Source: Felis catus (Eukaryota). From it: 64,000 bases of DNA. Location: the NCBI RefSeq assembly GCF_018350175.1, contig NC_058368.1:95854001-95918000 (forward strand). Direction: 5' to 3'. The stretch's first letter is position 1, and each line of letters opens with the position of its first letter. A program made the translations under genes and the position numbers. This document shows positions 10,541 through 23,978 of the stretch, piece after piece. Below the pieces are notes generated by a model. It was not told the DNA's origin and did no database searches. It worked only from the letters and a program-made list of their open reading frames with translations.

Positions 10541-13500
10541 TAGTTAGGTCTTTCTTGATTGCTCTTAATAATTGATTCTAAAAATGTCTGTTTCCTGTTT
10601 GGAATATTTAACCCATTTACATTTAATGTTAAATATCGGTATTGTTTAGTTTAAGTCTACCATCTGGCTATTTGTCTTTATCTGTACAATTTCTTCTTTG
10701 TTCCAGAGATTTCCACCTGCTTTTTTTTTTTTTTGTATTGATCACATATTTTTAAGTATTCTATTTTATTTCTTTTTTTGGGGGTCCCGGTTTTACGTCT
10801 TCATTTCATTTATCTTTGCCAATGGTTGCCCTACCAACTAGAATATGCATACTTAAAGAAGTGTAGTCTGTTCGGAAATAATTTAATGTCATTTCTCACC
10901 AGTGTAAGAACCTTACCCAGTACAGTTTGACTTAGCATCCCATCCTCTTTGCAATTTTTGTGATATAGTCATAACTACAAATGGCAAAACACCACAACAC
11001 CATGCTGTTACTACTTTATAGACTGGACAACTTTTATCATTTCATGTAATGCCGGTCTTGCTCATTCTTTCACACGTTAATTGGACTCAGAACTTTGTGC
11101 ATGTTTTTATTATTATAGAATAATGTTAGCTTAGTCTGATTCAGTTGTATTGCACCCTGAAACCTCAGTGGCAGGCTTATGCGGAAGTGTTTGAGAAAAC
11201 TAAGAACAGCTGAAATTGGAAGGACTAAATGAACCTCAGTAGTGACCAAATGACCTAATATCTAAGTTCAGAGGGCTGTAGTGTTCTTTAGCAATTGTCA
11301 ATGACTAAGTGGGGTCTGTGATGGTGTTTGGAAGTACAGGGAGGAAACAGCCAATGATTAGAGCATCTTCTATATTTCAGCTCTATATGCTTTATTTCAT
11401 AAAACTTCATTTATCTTTCAGAAAAACTGTGCAAGGCAAGTTTTATCATTGTTTCACAAATAAAAAAATGTCAGGACATCTGACTATTGGATTTATGATA
11501 GTCAATATGATTAGGCAGGACCCCACCTGGCAACTATAAGAAGTATGGTCCAAACCCTAAATTTGAAATTGATAGAAACAGAGTAGAATATCAAGGCTGG
11601 TCAAGTAGACTAGACTGCAGACAAATTAGGATGTCCTGTGTAACTTCACCCCGTACCACTATATAGACGTGACAGATGTTGTATGCGACAAGGGTACAGC
11701 TCAGCAGTCTTAAATGCCCAGGGCTAAGACTACATTGTGGGTTAATTTCATTTGTGAATGTGGATGAGTCCCAATATCTTCCTTTCTTTTTTCATATGTG
11801 TTCTTGTAACTGGTTGGCACTAACTGGGGACATTAAAACCTTAACACAGGATTTTGGGAAGCTGCAAATCCCCACAAAACAGACTATTGAAATCAGACAC
11901 AGACCATTCAGTTATTCTCTCCTTTAGGGGAAAAAATTGCTAGGTAATTTTTTATTAATGGAACTCTAGTTTATTTTTAGACATTTCCACAGAATGTTTG
12001 CAGAGTGTCTTTTTATGTAGTGCTTTTAACAGTCCAAGTAATCATAAACACAGAAGCAGAAACTATGCCCTTCTTCTCTTACACACACAAAAACAACTCT
12101 ACAATTTGATTTCATTTCTTTAATTTCTGTCTCTACTGGAAATAGAGTAAAAATGCTCTCTCCTCGACCCGGCCTCTCCCAACACCCCGTGTTTATTGAA
12201 AAGCAAGTAATTCACTATCAGTCTTCTTTCCTGCAGTATAAATTTCTGTTTTGTAAAAAGCTTTTAAAAAATGGAGGTCCTGCTTTCTCACCTTTTGATC
12301 TGTCTATATTCTCCCATAAGAGATATTTTTCCTTAATTACAAGCAATTCTAATGCATCCTATTATAATCTTTTTTATGAGATTCTATAATGTTGGGGAAA
12401 ATACAAACTAAAATTAGTCTGTGAAACCAAATCACAGATGTTCAAAGATTCTGTTCAAGGTGGAGGTGAAAGTCATGTCTGAGTATCAAGGCCCAAGCAA
12501 CTTGGGCAAAGAAACAGCAAGACGCTGCCATTGTCTTGCATGTTTATTAGTGTAATGAATCACATTTATGAAGGCATTACAAAGTTATAAACAGTTATAA
12601 TATAACACTGCAGAGTGGTCCATCCCAGATACTCAATATATAACAGTTTTATTACTGCAGTGGACCAACATTACAATTAACTAAGGAAACAGGATACATA
12701 TAAGTTATTTCAAAGCAGACACACACACGCAATGAGCCACAAAAGGTCAACTTTCTGGATTAGTTTAAAAGTGCATTCTCATAAGCCAAAATAATGGTAC
12801 AGTCGTCAAAACATTGTACATAAACCCATAAAGCACCCTTTCCCTGGCACCATTTAAGCCCTCTAGAATGAATCTTTAATGTGATGAAGCATTTTGGATT
12901 TTGCTATGCATAATGAAGAAACTCAAATTTAAAGAGTGCAGAAGGGTTCTCTACGTTTAGTAATAGCTCTGTCAGAAAGCTCTTGCTATCCTGTCCGTGG
13001 ATCATTTTCCATCCCACCCCAAAATCATTTTCAGTCAGTGATGCATGTCTGCCTCTGGACTGGTTCTCCAAAGCTCCATTTCTTTCTGCCGGCATAAATC
13101 TCACAGATGCATAGCGGCAGGTTACCTTGTCTCTTATCTCTCTGTTTTGCACACACAAATGCCTTCTTTTGTCTTAAGGGGGAAAGCTATGATGACAGAT
13201 TATAAGGCCATAGTATCATTTTGTAAATTAACATCATTATTTCTAAGACTCTAACATTTATCTGCATGGTGCTCTTGGAAGGGATTGCTTTTTTAGCATT
13301 GACTCAACTCTTTCTTCTTAGGAGTGGAGAAAATTTCAGGATTCATGAAACTTCACACACATTTCTTAAAAGCTTTGTGTTCAGCAAAATCCAAATTATA
13401 TTTTGATGCATTTTCTTTTTTACCTTTAAAACTTTTCAGTGTTGGAGGGAAATATAATCAATAGCTACTCTTCTTACTTAAAGTTCAAATCAATATGATG

Positions 13501-13611
13501 CATGTGTTTAAGTTATTAGATATCCTCAAATATTTGATTATATAAATGACATAATTTGTCTTACATGTGTTTTTTTTTTTGTTTTTTTGTTTTTTTGTTT
13601 TTTACTTCTCA

Positions 13612-13850
13612 GGGCTCCTGAGTGGCTCAGTGAGTTAAGTGTTTGACTTTGGCTCAGATCATGATCTTGTAGTCTGTGAGTTCGAGCCCCGTATTGGGAT
13701 CTGTGCTGACAGCTCAGAGCCTCAAGCCCCCTTTGGATTCTGTGTCTCCCCCCCTCTCTCTCTCTCTCTCTCTGCCCCTCCCCTGCTTGCACTCTGTCTC
13801 TCTGTCTCTCTCTCTCTCAAAAATAAATAAACATTAAATAAAATTCTCAA
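13612..13850 (+). mobile_element. Can-SINE
   Basis: gggctcctgagtggctcagt head, B-box, CT tract, aaaaataaataaac tail. Confidence 0.95.
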
Positions 13851-14849
13851 AAATTTACTTAAAAGACACTGCCGGTGCACTTTAAAACCAAAATGTGAAA
13901 TATCAATTCCTATCTTGCTTAAAAAAATTGTGTATGTCAGACGGTGCCTTTACCTGTGTGATACCTAGATACCTAGTGCACATTCCAGGACAGATATTTT
14001 ATGGTTGACAGACAGCTCACTTTACTTTTGAAGAGGTGATGGGGGTAGTAGAGGTTGAATGAAGAACAGGTACCTACCGCATTTCTCTGGTCCTCAAGCC
14101 AATAGGGGGAATAACTATTCAGCTCTCTTCTCTTGCCCTGATAGCTGCCTCCTTCCTATGATGGCATTAGACTTCTCAACTCTTACTTGTAGTAGGTACT
14201 CCATTTAGGGAATTAAAAATATCTTCTAGCTCTCTGGTAATGGAACTTCCTTTTTTACTTATAAGCTTATGTTTCACCTTCCAGACCACTGTATGTGTTT
14301 TCATCATGCAGTAGGCACTTGACTTTGACCACCTTGTATTCCACAACCACTTTTTAAATTTGACGAAGGTCAGATCTATATTATGTATAGTTTATACAGC
14401 CTCAGGGTATCTGTCTTATTCCTTCATTTTTTACTATGAGATGGGTTTTTTTTTTTTTTTTTTTTTTGCTTTCTGGAAAGAAATTCCAAATCATAAATAA
14501 TTCTTTGTCTTTGCTTCAATAGTTATTTAACTTACATTCATTAGATCTTGAGTGTTTTATCTTTCTCCTAATTTAGAAGACATTTATTCTTACATCATTC
14601 TGTCCTTAAGACCATCTGATTAGATCAATAAACTTAGAGGTAAGAATAGCCCTGCAATACCAAAACTCCATTGTTTCCTAAATTCAATAATGGATCCCAA
14701 CACTGGAGTCTTTAAAGTGATCTCCCAGTGTGTCTTGAGGGCCCTAAGGTTGGGAGTTTTTACAATCCTTTTGGACAAGAAGAGTCCTTCCCTTCTTGGG
14801 TCCAAGTTGAAATCATTACCTCAAGCTATGCCACTGTGAATCACAATAT

Positions 14850-15050
14850 TAAAATACTGTTGAGTATTTCCATGGTGACCATAACCCAGTGTAGCCCACC
14901 ATCCATAGCAATCCTGAGAGGTCAGCATTATCAAACTTGTGTCACAGATGAAAAACATGAACATGGGAGCAGTTAAGGGAGCTTTCCAAGGTTTGTTAGC
15001 TGATGAGGATTTTGTGTTGGAGGCCAGAGCTGTTTCCTGTTAATCTCTCA
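14850..15050 (-). mobile_element. MIR fragment
   Basis: catccatagcaatcctgagaggtcagcattatc...cacagatgaaaaacatga...gttaagg. Confidence 0.55.
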
Positions 15051-15700
15051 GTTGATTTGGGTAATGGCATCATTTTGGTTTTGTATATGGAACGTGACAC
15101 TTAGCTTTGTACGAAGTGAAAGAGACCAGTGCATACATCTAACTAAAGTGCTATTTAACTGAAGTGCACTTGTCTCATTATCAAATTTAACCTCTTTTCT
15201 GAAATATGATAGTTAAGTAAAAATAAAACAACCACCCAGGGACAAGATATCTGCTCCCTAATCAGGTGTGTTCTTGTTCCAATGAGAGAAATCAGTGCAG
15301 AGGTGACAGAATAGGGATAAATAGACTTTGGTAAAGAGTATAAGCTGTAACAGAAATGGAAAGATAAATTATTCTGGCTAAGTTACATACACTTTCTTGC
15401 TTGGTTCACAGTAAAATTCGGGGCTGGGGGAGAAGGCAAATTCTCTTATACAAATTGGAAGATGACACATCTTTGTATTTTGCAAAAGCTTCTTCTAACA
15501 CTCTCAATTTCCACACTTGTCCCTTGTTTTAGGAAAGCCACTCCATTTTGTTTTTCCAAGTGTATACATTTGCTTCTTACTTTCTGTATAAGCAGGCAGA
15601 TACATAAAGCTACTTGCACCTAAGATGCCCAGTATTCAGAAATTCCATTTTCTCTCTTTCCCTGTCTCTTTCTCTCTTGTATACATGTGTATACACTTCA

Positions 15701-15704
15701 CGTG

Positions 15705-15750
<46 letters not shown>
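15701..15750 (+). repeat. (CG)n(CA)n alternating purine-pyrimidine microsatellite
   Basis: Direct reading. Confidence 0.95.
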
Positions 15751-15753
<3 letters not shown>

Positions 15754-15984
15754 AATAAACAGACAGGCTGCATTAATTTCCGTTCTTCCATGTTTCAAAG
15801 TTTCATTTTGACCTCAGGCTTACAGGTACATACAGCAATAATTAAGTAGCATGAATCCTTGACTGTATCTTTGTTTCCAGGTGTCCCCTAAAGGTACATG
15901 ATTGTCTCAAAGGTGGTTGTGTTCGTACAGGGAAGGGTTCTGTTCCTGGCATATAACTTTTTTTTTATAGTTTTTCTTCCTCTT

Positions 15985-16167
15985 AAAAATATTTATTTAT
16001 TTAAATTTAAATTAATTGACAGCATAATATTATTTTCAGGTTTAGAATTTAGTGATTCATCACTTATATACAACACCCAGTGCTCATCCCAACAAGTGCC
16101 TTCCTTGATGCCCCTCCCCCCACCACCTCCCCTCCAGCAACCATCAGTTTGTTTTCTGTATGTAAGA
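15985..16167 (-). mobile_element. Carnivore L1 3' end (5'-truncated)
   Basis: gaatttagtgattcatcacttatatacaacacccagtgctcatcccaacaag is the reverse complement of the L1 3' end at 22380-22435. Confidence 0.9.
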
Positions 16168-16833
16168 AAAGATAAGTGAAAGAATATAATGCACTAGAGC
16201 TAATATGTCTGCCTAACTTATTAGTGTTTCAAAACTTGCATTTCTGGAAAAGTAATTTTTTGTTACTCATTATACTTTCGCACAATACGAGCATAAAGAA
16301 CAAAAATTTACTACTCCAAAATTCATTATTCTGGTTCCCTGAAGTTATTTTTTTTCCCACTTCCCTACTCTGTTTCTCTCATGCTTCTGTGTGCCTCCCT
16401 TATCTAAAGGAAAGTGTTTCTCTAGAGTGCTCTGGTATAGTGTGGGTGATCTCAGCTGTAGATAACATCATTTAGATAATTAGGGAAGAAGTATTTAGAT
16501 ATTTTTAGTCAGGAAAGAATGAAAACTTCAAAGCAGCAAATGGCATTTTAGCAAAACTTTAATTTTGATATTCCCTAATTTGTAGTTTAACGCTGCTAAC
16601 CACATTGTGTTTTGCCTTAGCTTTCTTTAGATACTGGTTGATCACATGACACTTTGCATCCGTTTATGTTCAGAGAGACGTTGGGGAGAAAATTTAGAAA
16701 CGAAATCAAAGGATAAAAGCATTCTAGCATAGCTCTGAAATGAAACAAGGCGCTGAAGGAAATTAAGGATAAGCATTTTGTGGCTGGACCTCTGTGGTCA
16801 TAAGACAACATGGATTACAAATGAACGTGTTCT

Positions 16834-17066
16834 GGGGCGCCTCGGGGGCTCAGTCGGTTAAGCGTCCGACTTCAGCTCAGGTCACGATCTCACAGACGGT
16901 GGATTCGAGCCCCGCGTCGGGCTCTGGGCTGATAGCTCAGAGCCTGGAGCCTGCTTCCGATTCTGTGTCTCCCTCTCTCTCTGCCCCTCCCCCGTTCATG
17001 CTCTGTCTCTCTCTGTCTCAAAAATAAATAAACGTTAAAAAAAGATTAAAAAAAAAACCCAAAAAA
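16834..17066 (+). mobile_element. Young SINEC_Fc
   Basis: Perfect TSD acaaatgaacgtgttct 16817-16833 / 17067-17083. Confidence 0.97.
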
Positions 17067-18132
17067 ACAAATGAACGTGTTCTGATTTCATACTTTGCTG
17101 TGTTAGTACCAAAGTGTTAGTCATCACTACATGCACAACTGTCTTTACCATTTCCAGGAATTGTGCAAACATGTATGCGCTAAGCACACAGACTGTAAGC
17201 CCTCACTGAAGGAGAAATTAGGGCTGTTTTAACTGAGGGCAAAGCAACAAACTCTCTCTCTCTATCTCTTCATCAAAATGTGCATAAAGAGCAACAGAGA
17301 ACACTTTTGGGACTTACTTTTCCCCTTGAGCCCCTGTAGTTATTGGATGACATTAAAGTAAAAACAACTGAGTGACTGAAGACAGAATGTTCGTGACCTA
17401 AAAATAATAATAAAACAATTTGATAGTATTTAATAGCCAGCAAGGGTTGGAGAGTGTTCCCCAAGCAATATCAAATAATTTATAACTATCTAGTTTTAAT
17501 GAGGCAGCCTAGGGCTCAAAATAGATGATGTGGCATATTTTTGAAATAATAGGTGAAACATATAGATAATATAATGTGATTTAGCTTTATGAATGTACAG
17601 TCCTCATGGATTTTTCACCAGAAACTTTAATTTCTTAAAGGACTATTCTTATCACAGAAGTGAAAATACTGTAGTTTCAATTCGTCCTCAGGTGTGAAAG
17701 TGAGTTTAATTCATTAGTTAAATTAATTAAGGTGTGCTCATTAAAGAATAATTCTGTTCTTAATTAGAAAAGCCTTTTTAAAAAGCTCTTCATTTCGTTG
17801 TATCTCTACAATATCTGTTACATCTAACTTCATATGTTTTATGTGTGCTTTCCTTACTTTGGGATAGATCTCTTTTATTATGCTAAATTGTGGAAATGAA
17901 CAGAGAAGTTTCTCAGTAGCTAATTCACAACAAATGAAATCCTTTGGCCTTGTTTTTGCTCATGGATTGTGTTCATCCAGTAAGACTAGCAAACTTTGTG
18001 TTCTTTTATTATTTTTAAAAATTTTTTTGGTGTTAAGTTTCATAACACCAAATTTAAAACCAGTCATAAGCAGTTATGTAGCATCCCTGGAAAATAACTC
18101 TTGTTCCTCTTTAGTACAAAAGCAAATGGCCT

Positions 18133-18239
18133 GGGGCACATGGCTGGCTCATTGTGTAGAGAATGCGACTCTTTATCTCAGGGTTGTGAGTTCAAGCCCT
18201 TTGTAGGATATAGAACCTACTTTAAAGATAAAACAAAAC
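18133..18239 (+). mobile_element. Short old Can-SINE (tRNA-like, SINEC_old type)
   Basis: ggggcacatggctggctca...gtagagaatgcgactct...gagttcaagccc...tagaacctacttt. Confidence 0.85.
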
Positions 18240-18240
18240 A

Positions 18241-18457
18241 GGCACCTGGGTGGCTCATTGATTAAGCCTCCAACCTTGGATTTGAGCTCAGGTCATGATA
18301 TCAGGGTTTCTGAGATTGAGCCCCACATGGGGCTCCCTGATTACAGTGTGGAGCTTGCTTGGGATTCTCTCTCTCCCTCTCTCTGCCCCTTCCCCACTCA
18401 CATGCACATGTGCTCTCACTTTCTCTCAAAATAAATAAACTTTAAAAAACAAAACAA
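18241..18457 (+). mobile_element. Can-SINE
   Basis: ggcacctgggtggctca head to aaaataaataaacttt tail. Confidence 0.93.
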
Positions 18458-18682
18458 GGGGGGCCTAAGTGGCTCAGTCGGTTGAGCATCTGACTTCGGC
18501 TCAGGTCATGATCTCACAGCTCCTGAGTTCGAGCCCTGCTTCAGGCTTTGTGCTGACAGCTTGGAGCCGGGAGCCTGCTTCAGATTATGTGCCTCTCTGT
18601 CTCTGCCCCAACCCACTGGCATTCTGTCTCTGTCTCTCTCAAAAATAAATAAACATTAAAAAAAATTAAAAAAAAAAAAAAC
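18458..18682 (+). mobile_element. Can-SINE
   Basis: Full body directly after the A tail of the previous SINE. Confidence 0.93.
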
Positions 18683-19029
18683 ACCAGTGTCGTGACATCA
18701 GGACAGAGAATAAGATCATTCATAATCCATACCTCTTTTCCGGACTCCCTATTTTTGCATAGGTGAGAGTTAAGTTACCTGATGTGAACAATGTATTCAT
18801 TCCCAGACTCTACCAGGCATAATTTTGGTACGTGCATTTATCTAAAGCAACAAATTCCCGGTATTTTTTAATTTTAGCTGTCACTTTATCTCACGTTGCT
18901 GAGTTCAGCTTCCCCCCTGAACTTTAATAAACCCCATCTTTTGTGTAGATCCACCCACCTGCAGAATGAAGTTCGTGAGATCATATCCATTCTCAGTCTG
19001 CATTTGCCCAAGCAGAGTGAAAGGTAAAT

Positions 19030-19300
19030 TCAATCATTATTTCATCCATCCATTCGAGAAACAATTGTTAGAGAAATACTGTGTGTCTATTTTTGATGTG
19101 GAAGATAGAGAATGGAAGTGTGTCTTTTCAGAAGTGAGCATAATCTAGTGGGAAAGACAGGTAGATAAGGAGACAAAATACATTAAGTACTATGTAAGTG
19201 GTACAAGAAACATGAGTAAAGGGCCGTGGTATCATGACTCTGGCTGAAGAATTTGGGGAAGGCTTGCTTTGGGCAATATGGCTGTCATGCATTAGAATGA
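19030..19300 (-). mobile_element. L2 fragment
   Basis: ttcatccatccattcgagaaacaattgttagagaaatact...ataatctagtgggaaagacag resembles an antisense L2 3' end. Confidence 0.5.
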
Positions 19301-19614
19301 AGGCGTCCTTCACATTCCAAACTCATGAGTTAGCCATACATATTCTTTCCTGAGTCCGTTGTTATGACTATAATCACTTGAGGTAAACTCCACAAGTATA
19401 AATAGTTGAATTCCTATATAATTAGGATATTTTTATCATATCTTTCTTCTTTTTGTGCATATAATCCTAAATATTTTGCAGGTTATAAATTCATAAGCAA
19501 AATTACATTGTTTTCCAGTAATATCTACGTTCCATGTATTCTAACACAGTTGATTTGTCTATAGCATTTAGGAAAACGTGTTACAGTGCTGACCTCTTTT
19601 AAAATTGGGATTGA

Positions 19615-19832
19615 GGGGCGCCTGGGTGGCGCAGTCGGTTAAGCGTCCGACTTCAGCCAGGTCACGATCTCGCGGTCCGGGAGTTCGAGCCCCGCGTCGG
19701 GCTCTGGGCTGATGGCTCGGAGCCTGGAGCCTGTTTCTGATTCTGTGTCTCCCTCTCTCTCTGCCCCTCCCTCGTTCATGCTCTGTCTCTCTCTGTCCCA
19801 AAAATAAATAAAAATGTTGAAAAAAAATAAAA
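19615..19832 (+). mobile_element. Young SINEC_Fc
   Basis: CpG-rich; perfect TSD taaaattgggattga 19600-19614 / 19833-19847. Confidence 0.97.
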
Positions 19833-20004
19833 TAAAATTGGGATTGAAAGATGGAGAGGAATAATCATTTGGTTGAGAAAGAAATACCATTTTCTACTAA
19901 CAGCTTTGGCAGTTTGTGGTGATTAGGACAGAAAAAAATGGAATCCATTCTGTTCACGTCCTTAAAATGTGAAATGGGAAAGATGACTTTTTTTTGTTTG
20001 CTTC

Positions 20005-20022
20005 ATTTTTTGAAATTTATAT

Positions 20023-20077
<55 letters not shown>

Positions 20078-20255
20078 TCATGAGCAGGTGAGGGGCAGAG
20101 AGAGAGAGAGAGTGAGAGAGAGAGGGAATCCCAAGAAGGCTCTATGGTGATAGTACAGAGCCTGAAGTGGGGCTTGATCTCACAAACCATGAGATCATGA
20201 CCTGAGCCAAAATCAGGAGTCGAGGGTTTAGCAGACTGAGTCACCCTGGCACCCC
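20005..20255 (-). mobile_element. Can-SINE with long (GA)n
   Basis: Antisense SINE body; (GA)n ~20026-20074. Confidence 0.93.
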
Positions 20256-20578
20256 TGGGACAGATGATTAACATCACTACTGCTTCTATGTTTTCACAAC
20301 TTCTAAGGCATATTTTTGCAGCCAACAGCACCCCTCATGGAGACTCGTGATGAGATTATAAGCAACTTGAGGGATGTCTTCTTTTTGCTTTTATTTTTTA
20401 TTTTTTATCCAGACCATAAAGCTAAGGACAGTTGAGAAGGTTCTCATGAATATTTGAGGTAGGAAAGAAGAAACACATTAAACCCAAAGCCAAAAATTTA
20501 ATATTTATGGTGATGTACTTCTGACTGTAGAGAAAAGAGTCCCCCAAACACACCTTGAATATAAAAATAAGGGGTAGC

Positions 20579-22489
20579 TTGCAGGATATAAAATCAATGT
20601 ACAGAAATTGGTTGCATTTTTATACACCAATAGTGAAGCAGCAGAAAGAGAAATCAAGGAATCAATCCCATTCACAATGGCACCAAAACCCATAAAATAC
20701 CTAGGAATAAACCTAATCAAAGAAGTGAAAAATCTATACCCTGAAAACTATAGAAAACTTATGAAAGAAATTGAAGAAGACACACACCAAAAAATGATAA
20801 AAACATTCCATGCTCCTGGATTGGGAGAACAAATATTATTAAAAGGTCAGTACTACCCAAAGCAATCTACATATTCAGTGCAATCCCTATCAAAATAACA
20901 CTGGCAGTCTTCACAGAGCTAAAACAAACATTTCTAAAATTTGTATGGAACCAGAAAAGACCCCAAATAGGCAAAGTAATGTTGAAAAAGAAAACCAAAG
21001 CTAGAGGTGTCGCAATTCAGGACTTGAAGCTGTATTACAAACCTGCAGTCATCAAAACACTATGGTACTGGCACAAAAATGGACACATAAGTCAATGAGA
21101 CAGAATAGAGAACCCAGAAAGACCCACAAATGAATGGCCAACTAATTTTCAACAAAGCAGGAAAGAATATCCAATGGAATAAAGACAGTCTCTTCAGCAA
21201 GTGGTGCTGGGAAAACTGGACAGCGACATGCAGAAGAATGAACCTGGACCACTTTCTTACACCAGACACAAAAATAAACTCAAAATGGATGACAGACATT
21301 AATGTAAGACAGGAAGCCATCAAAATCCTTGAGGAGAAAACAAACAGTAACCTTTTGACCTCAGACGGAGTGACTTCTTACTAGACGTGTGTCTGGAGAC
21401 CAGGAAACTAAAGCGAACTTGATGTATTGGGACATAATCAAGATAAAAAGCTTCAGCACAGTGCAGGAAACAACAAAACTAAAAGGCAACCAACATAATG
21501 GGAGAAGATATTTGCAAATGACATATCAGATAAAGGGTTAGTATCCAAAATCTATAAAGAGCTTATCAAACTCAACACCAAAAACTCAAATCATCCAGTG
21601 AAGTAATGGACATGTACAGATGCTTTTCCAGAGAAGACATCCAGATGGCTAAAAAGACACATGAAAAGATGTTCAACCTCACTCATCATCAGGGAAATAC
21701 AAATCAAAACAGCAGTGAGATATCATGTCCCACCAGTCAGAATGGCTAAAATTGACCAGTCAGGAAACAATAGCTGTTGGCAAGGATGTGGAGAAAGGGG
21801 AACCCTCTTAGACTGGTGATGGGAATGCAAACGGGTGCAGCCACTCTGGAGAACAGTGTGGAGGTTCCTCAAAAAATTAAAATTGAGCTACCCTATGATC
21901 CAGCAATTGCACTATGGGTATTTATCTAAAAGATACAAAAATGCTGAGTCGAAGGGGCACACACAACATAGTGTTTATAGCAGTGCAATCGACCATAGCC
22001 AAAGTATAGAAAGGGCCCAATGTCCATTGACTGATGAATGGATAAAGAAGACGTGTTATATATATACAATGGGGAATGTGGTTTTTTTTTTGATCAAAAA
22101 GAATGAAATTTTGCCATTTGCAATGATGTGGATGGAACTAGAGTGTGTTTAATGCTAAGCAAAATAAGTCGGTCAGAGAAAGATAAATATCATATGATTT
22201 CACTTGTATGTGGAATTTAAGAAAAAAAAACAGATGAACATAGGGGAAGAGAAGGGAAAATAAGATAAAAACAGACAGGCAAAGCATAAGATACTCTTAA
22301 ATATAGAGAACAAACTGAGGGTTGCTGGAGGGGTGTTGGTGGGGGGATGGGAAAATGGGTGATGGGTACTAAGGAGGGCGCTTGTTGGGATGAGCACTGG
22401 GTGTTATATGTAAGTGATGAATCACTAAATTCTCCTGAAGCAATTACTACACTATATATTAACTAGCTTGGATTTAAATAAAATTTTTA
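20579..22489 (+). mobile_element. 5'-truncated carnivore L1 (ORF2 C-terminal part + 3' UTR), inactive
   Basis: ORF2 peptides [27 protein letters not shown] and [27 protein letters not shown]; decayed CCHC ([17 protein letters not shown]) from 21775; frameshifts; TSD aaaaataaggggtagc 20563-20578 / aaaaatgaggagtagc 22490-22505. Confidence 0.97.
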
Positions 22490-22505
22490 AAAAATGAGGA
22501 GTAGC

Positions 22506-23400
22506 AAATATTGTCAAAATTAATGCTTTTGCGACTCTGGAAATTAAATACAGGCTCACAACAATCCAAGGAGGATTTATTCAAGAAAAAGAGTGGAATC
22601 TCACTCAGTAAGACTAGAAAACTTTGTGCTGTTTTAACATACATTTTGCCCAGTACCCCCTTCCAATATGCACCTTGCCTTTGAAAGCAAAGGCTTTGCA
22701 AACACAATGTGAAAACCAGTAGTCTGGCAGCCACTGAAGGGAAAGAACAAGTTTGAAGCTCAAACTTAGAAAGCCTCAACTCTGGAGAATTGTCTCCATT
22801 TGACTTGTGTGGCAGTTCCCTGTTATCTCTGTTTCACCTGACGCAGTACTTGATCTGTGCAAGTGGCCATATTCTTTCTTCAACCATGTCCTTAGGGTGT
22901 TTGTGAAGACCAATCAGCAGAAATCAGTTAATATTGCGGATACCTAAGGCAGTGATACTCGTTGGTACTAATAAGAAGCTGACCAAAACTTCACGGAAAA
23001 ATTGGCAAATGAAGTGTTCATAGGGGACTTGGGAAAGTTCTTCTGACACATACTGGGGAATTCTAAGAGACACTTGAAAAGGCACAGTTGTCCTCATGCC
23101 CAGGAAAAGACTTGAAAAGGACACTAATCTTTCCCCTCAGGCTGACCTTGAAGCTCTGAGCAAGCAGGAAGTGAAGGCTAAGGCAGAATTGCCCACTGCC
23201 TGATGGGTCATTGAAGATGTGTCTACATAGAGAAGCTCTTAACAAAGCCCGGGAGACTTACCAGTTCAAAGTATTTAAGGTAGTTTCTGATCACTCATTA
23301 TCTGATCACAAGTCGACCTATCTTAGTCACACTGTTGAAATCCAAAGACGAAGACAATAGCTTAAACCGTAAGAGGACGAGAATTTGCAGTTAGACCATA
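22506..23400 (+). mobile_element. Old L1M 5' region/ORF1 remnant
   Basis: ctggaaattaa..aggctcacaacaatccaaggagg..tttattcaagaaaaa resembles the recalled L1M4/L1MC 5' region; agtcacactgttgaaatccaaagac is ORF1-like. Confidence 0.55.
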
Positions 23401-23978
23401 AATGGTATCCCTTAGATCGATAGCATGGCAGTCATACCCATGCAATAATACTCAATACTCCTAGGAGAAACAGAATCTGATTGAACTTCACAAAAATTAG
23501 AGCTTGTGAGAAAAGCAATATTATTGATACATTAAATGGTTCCTCTGTAAAACTTGGCAGAACACTTTAAAATCAATGCATTGCGGCATACAGTTGGTGC
23601 GTTTAGGAAGCTTAGCGGGTACTTAGAGATCAGAACCCACAAACTACCACAGGGAGACTTCGCTCCCACACTGACACTTCACAGGAAGATGCTGATTACT
23701 CAAACTCATTTTTCTCCAAATTAGGTCACAAATGAAACTCATTTTTCCAACTGTAATAAACGAGCTTTGAAGGAGAGGAGACACAGAGGGAAGTGGGTTC
23801 TGATGGGGAAAATGGAAAACGTGATGCCCTTTTTCACTTAAAATCATCAGTTGACCTGAGTTAAGGGAAGGAAGAATCAGCGAGAGTGAGAAAGGTCTCT
23901 GTCAAGCCTGTCTGGAAAGATTGTCTAACAATTCCATATTTACATGCCCTCAGACTTGGTTAATAAAAAAAAGTCACA

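Larger units (their letters stand above)
7400..11000 (-). mobile_element. Old degraded L1 (L1M class), with SINE insertions and deletions
   Basis: T-rich antisense L1 ORF2 motifs, e.g. tattcatgttcaccattaaacatgttagttgtaggtttt, gacttcataaaatgagtt, aacccatttacatttaatgt. Confidence 0.8.

Noticed and set aside
15881..15893. 13-nt candidate exon (tttccag|GTGTCCCCTAAAG|gtacat)
   Set aside because: Weak donor and frame-shifting length; expected by chance in 64 kb
18133..18215. tRNA-like sequence with A/B boxes
   Set aside because: tRNA-derived Can-SINE head with SINE tail; no intact cloverleaf evident
20608..22152. ORFs with clear protein similarity
   Set aside because: Frameshifted L1 ORF2 fragments, not a host gene or active element
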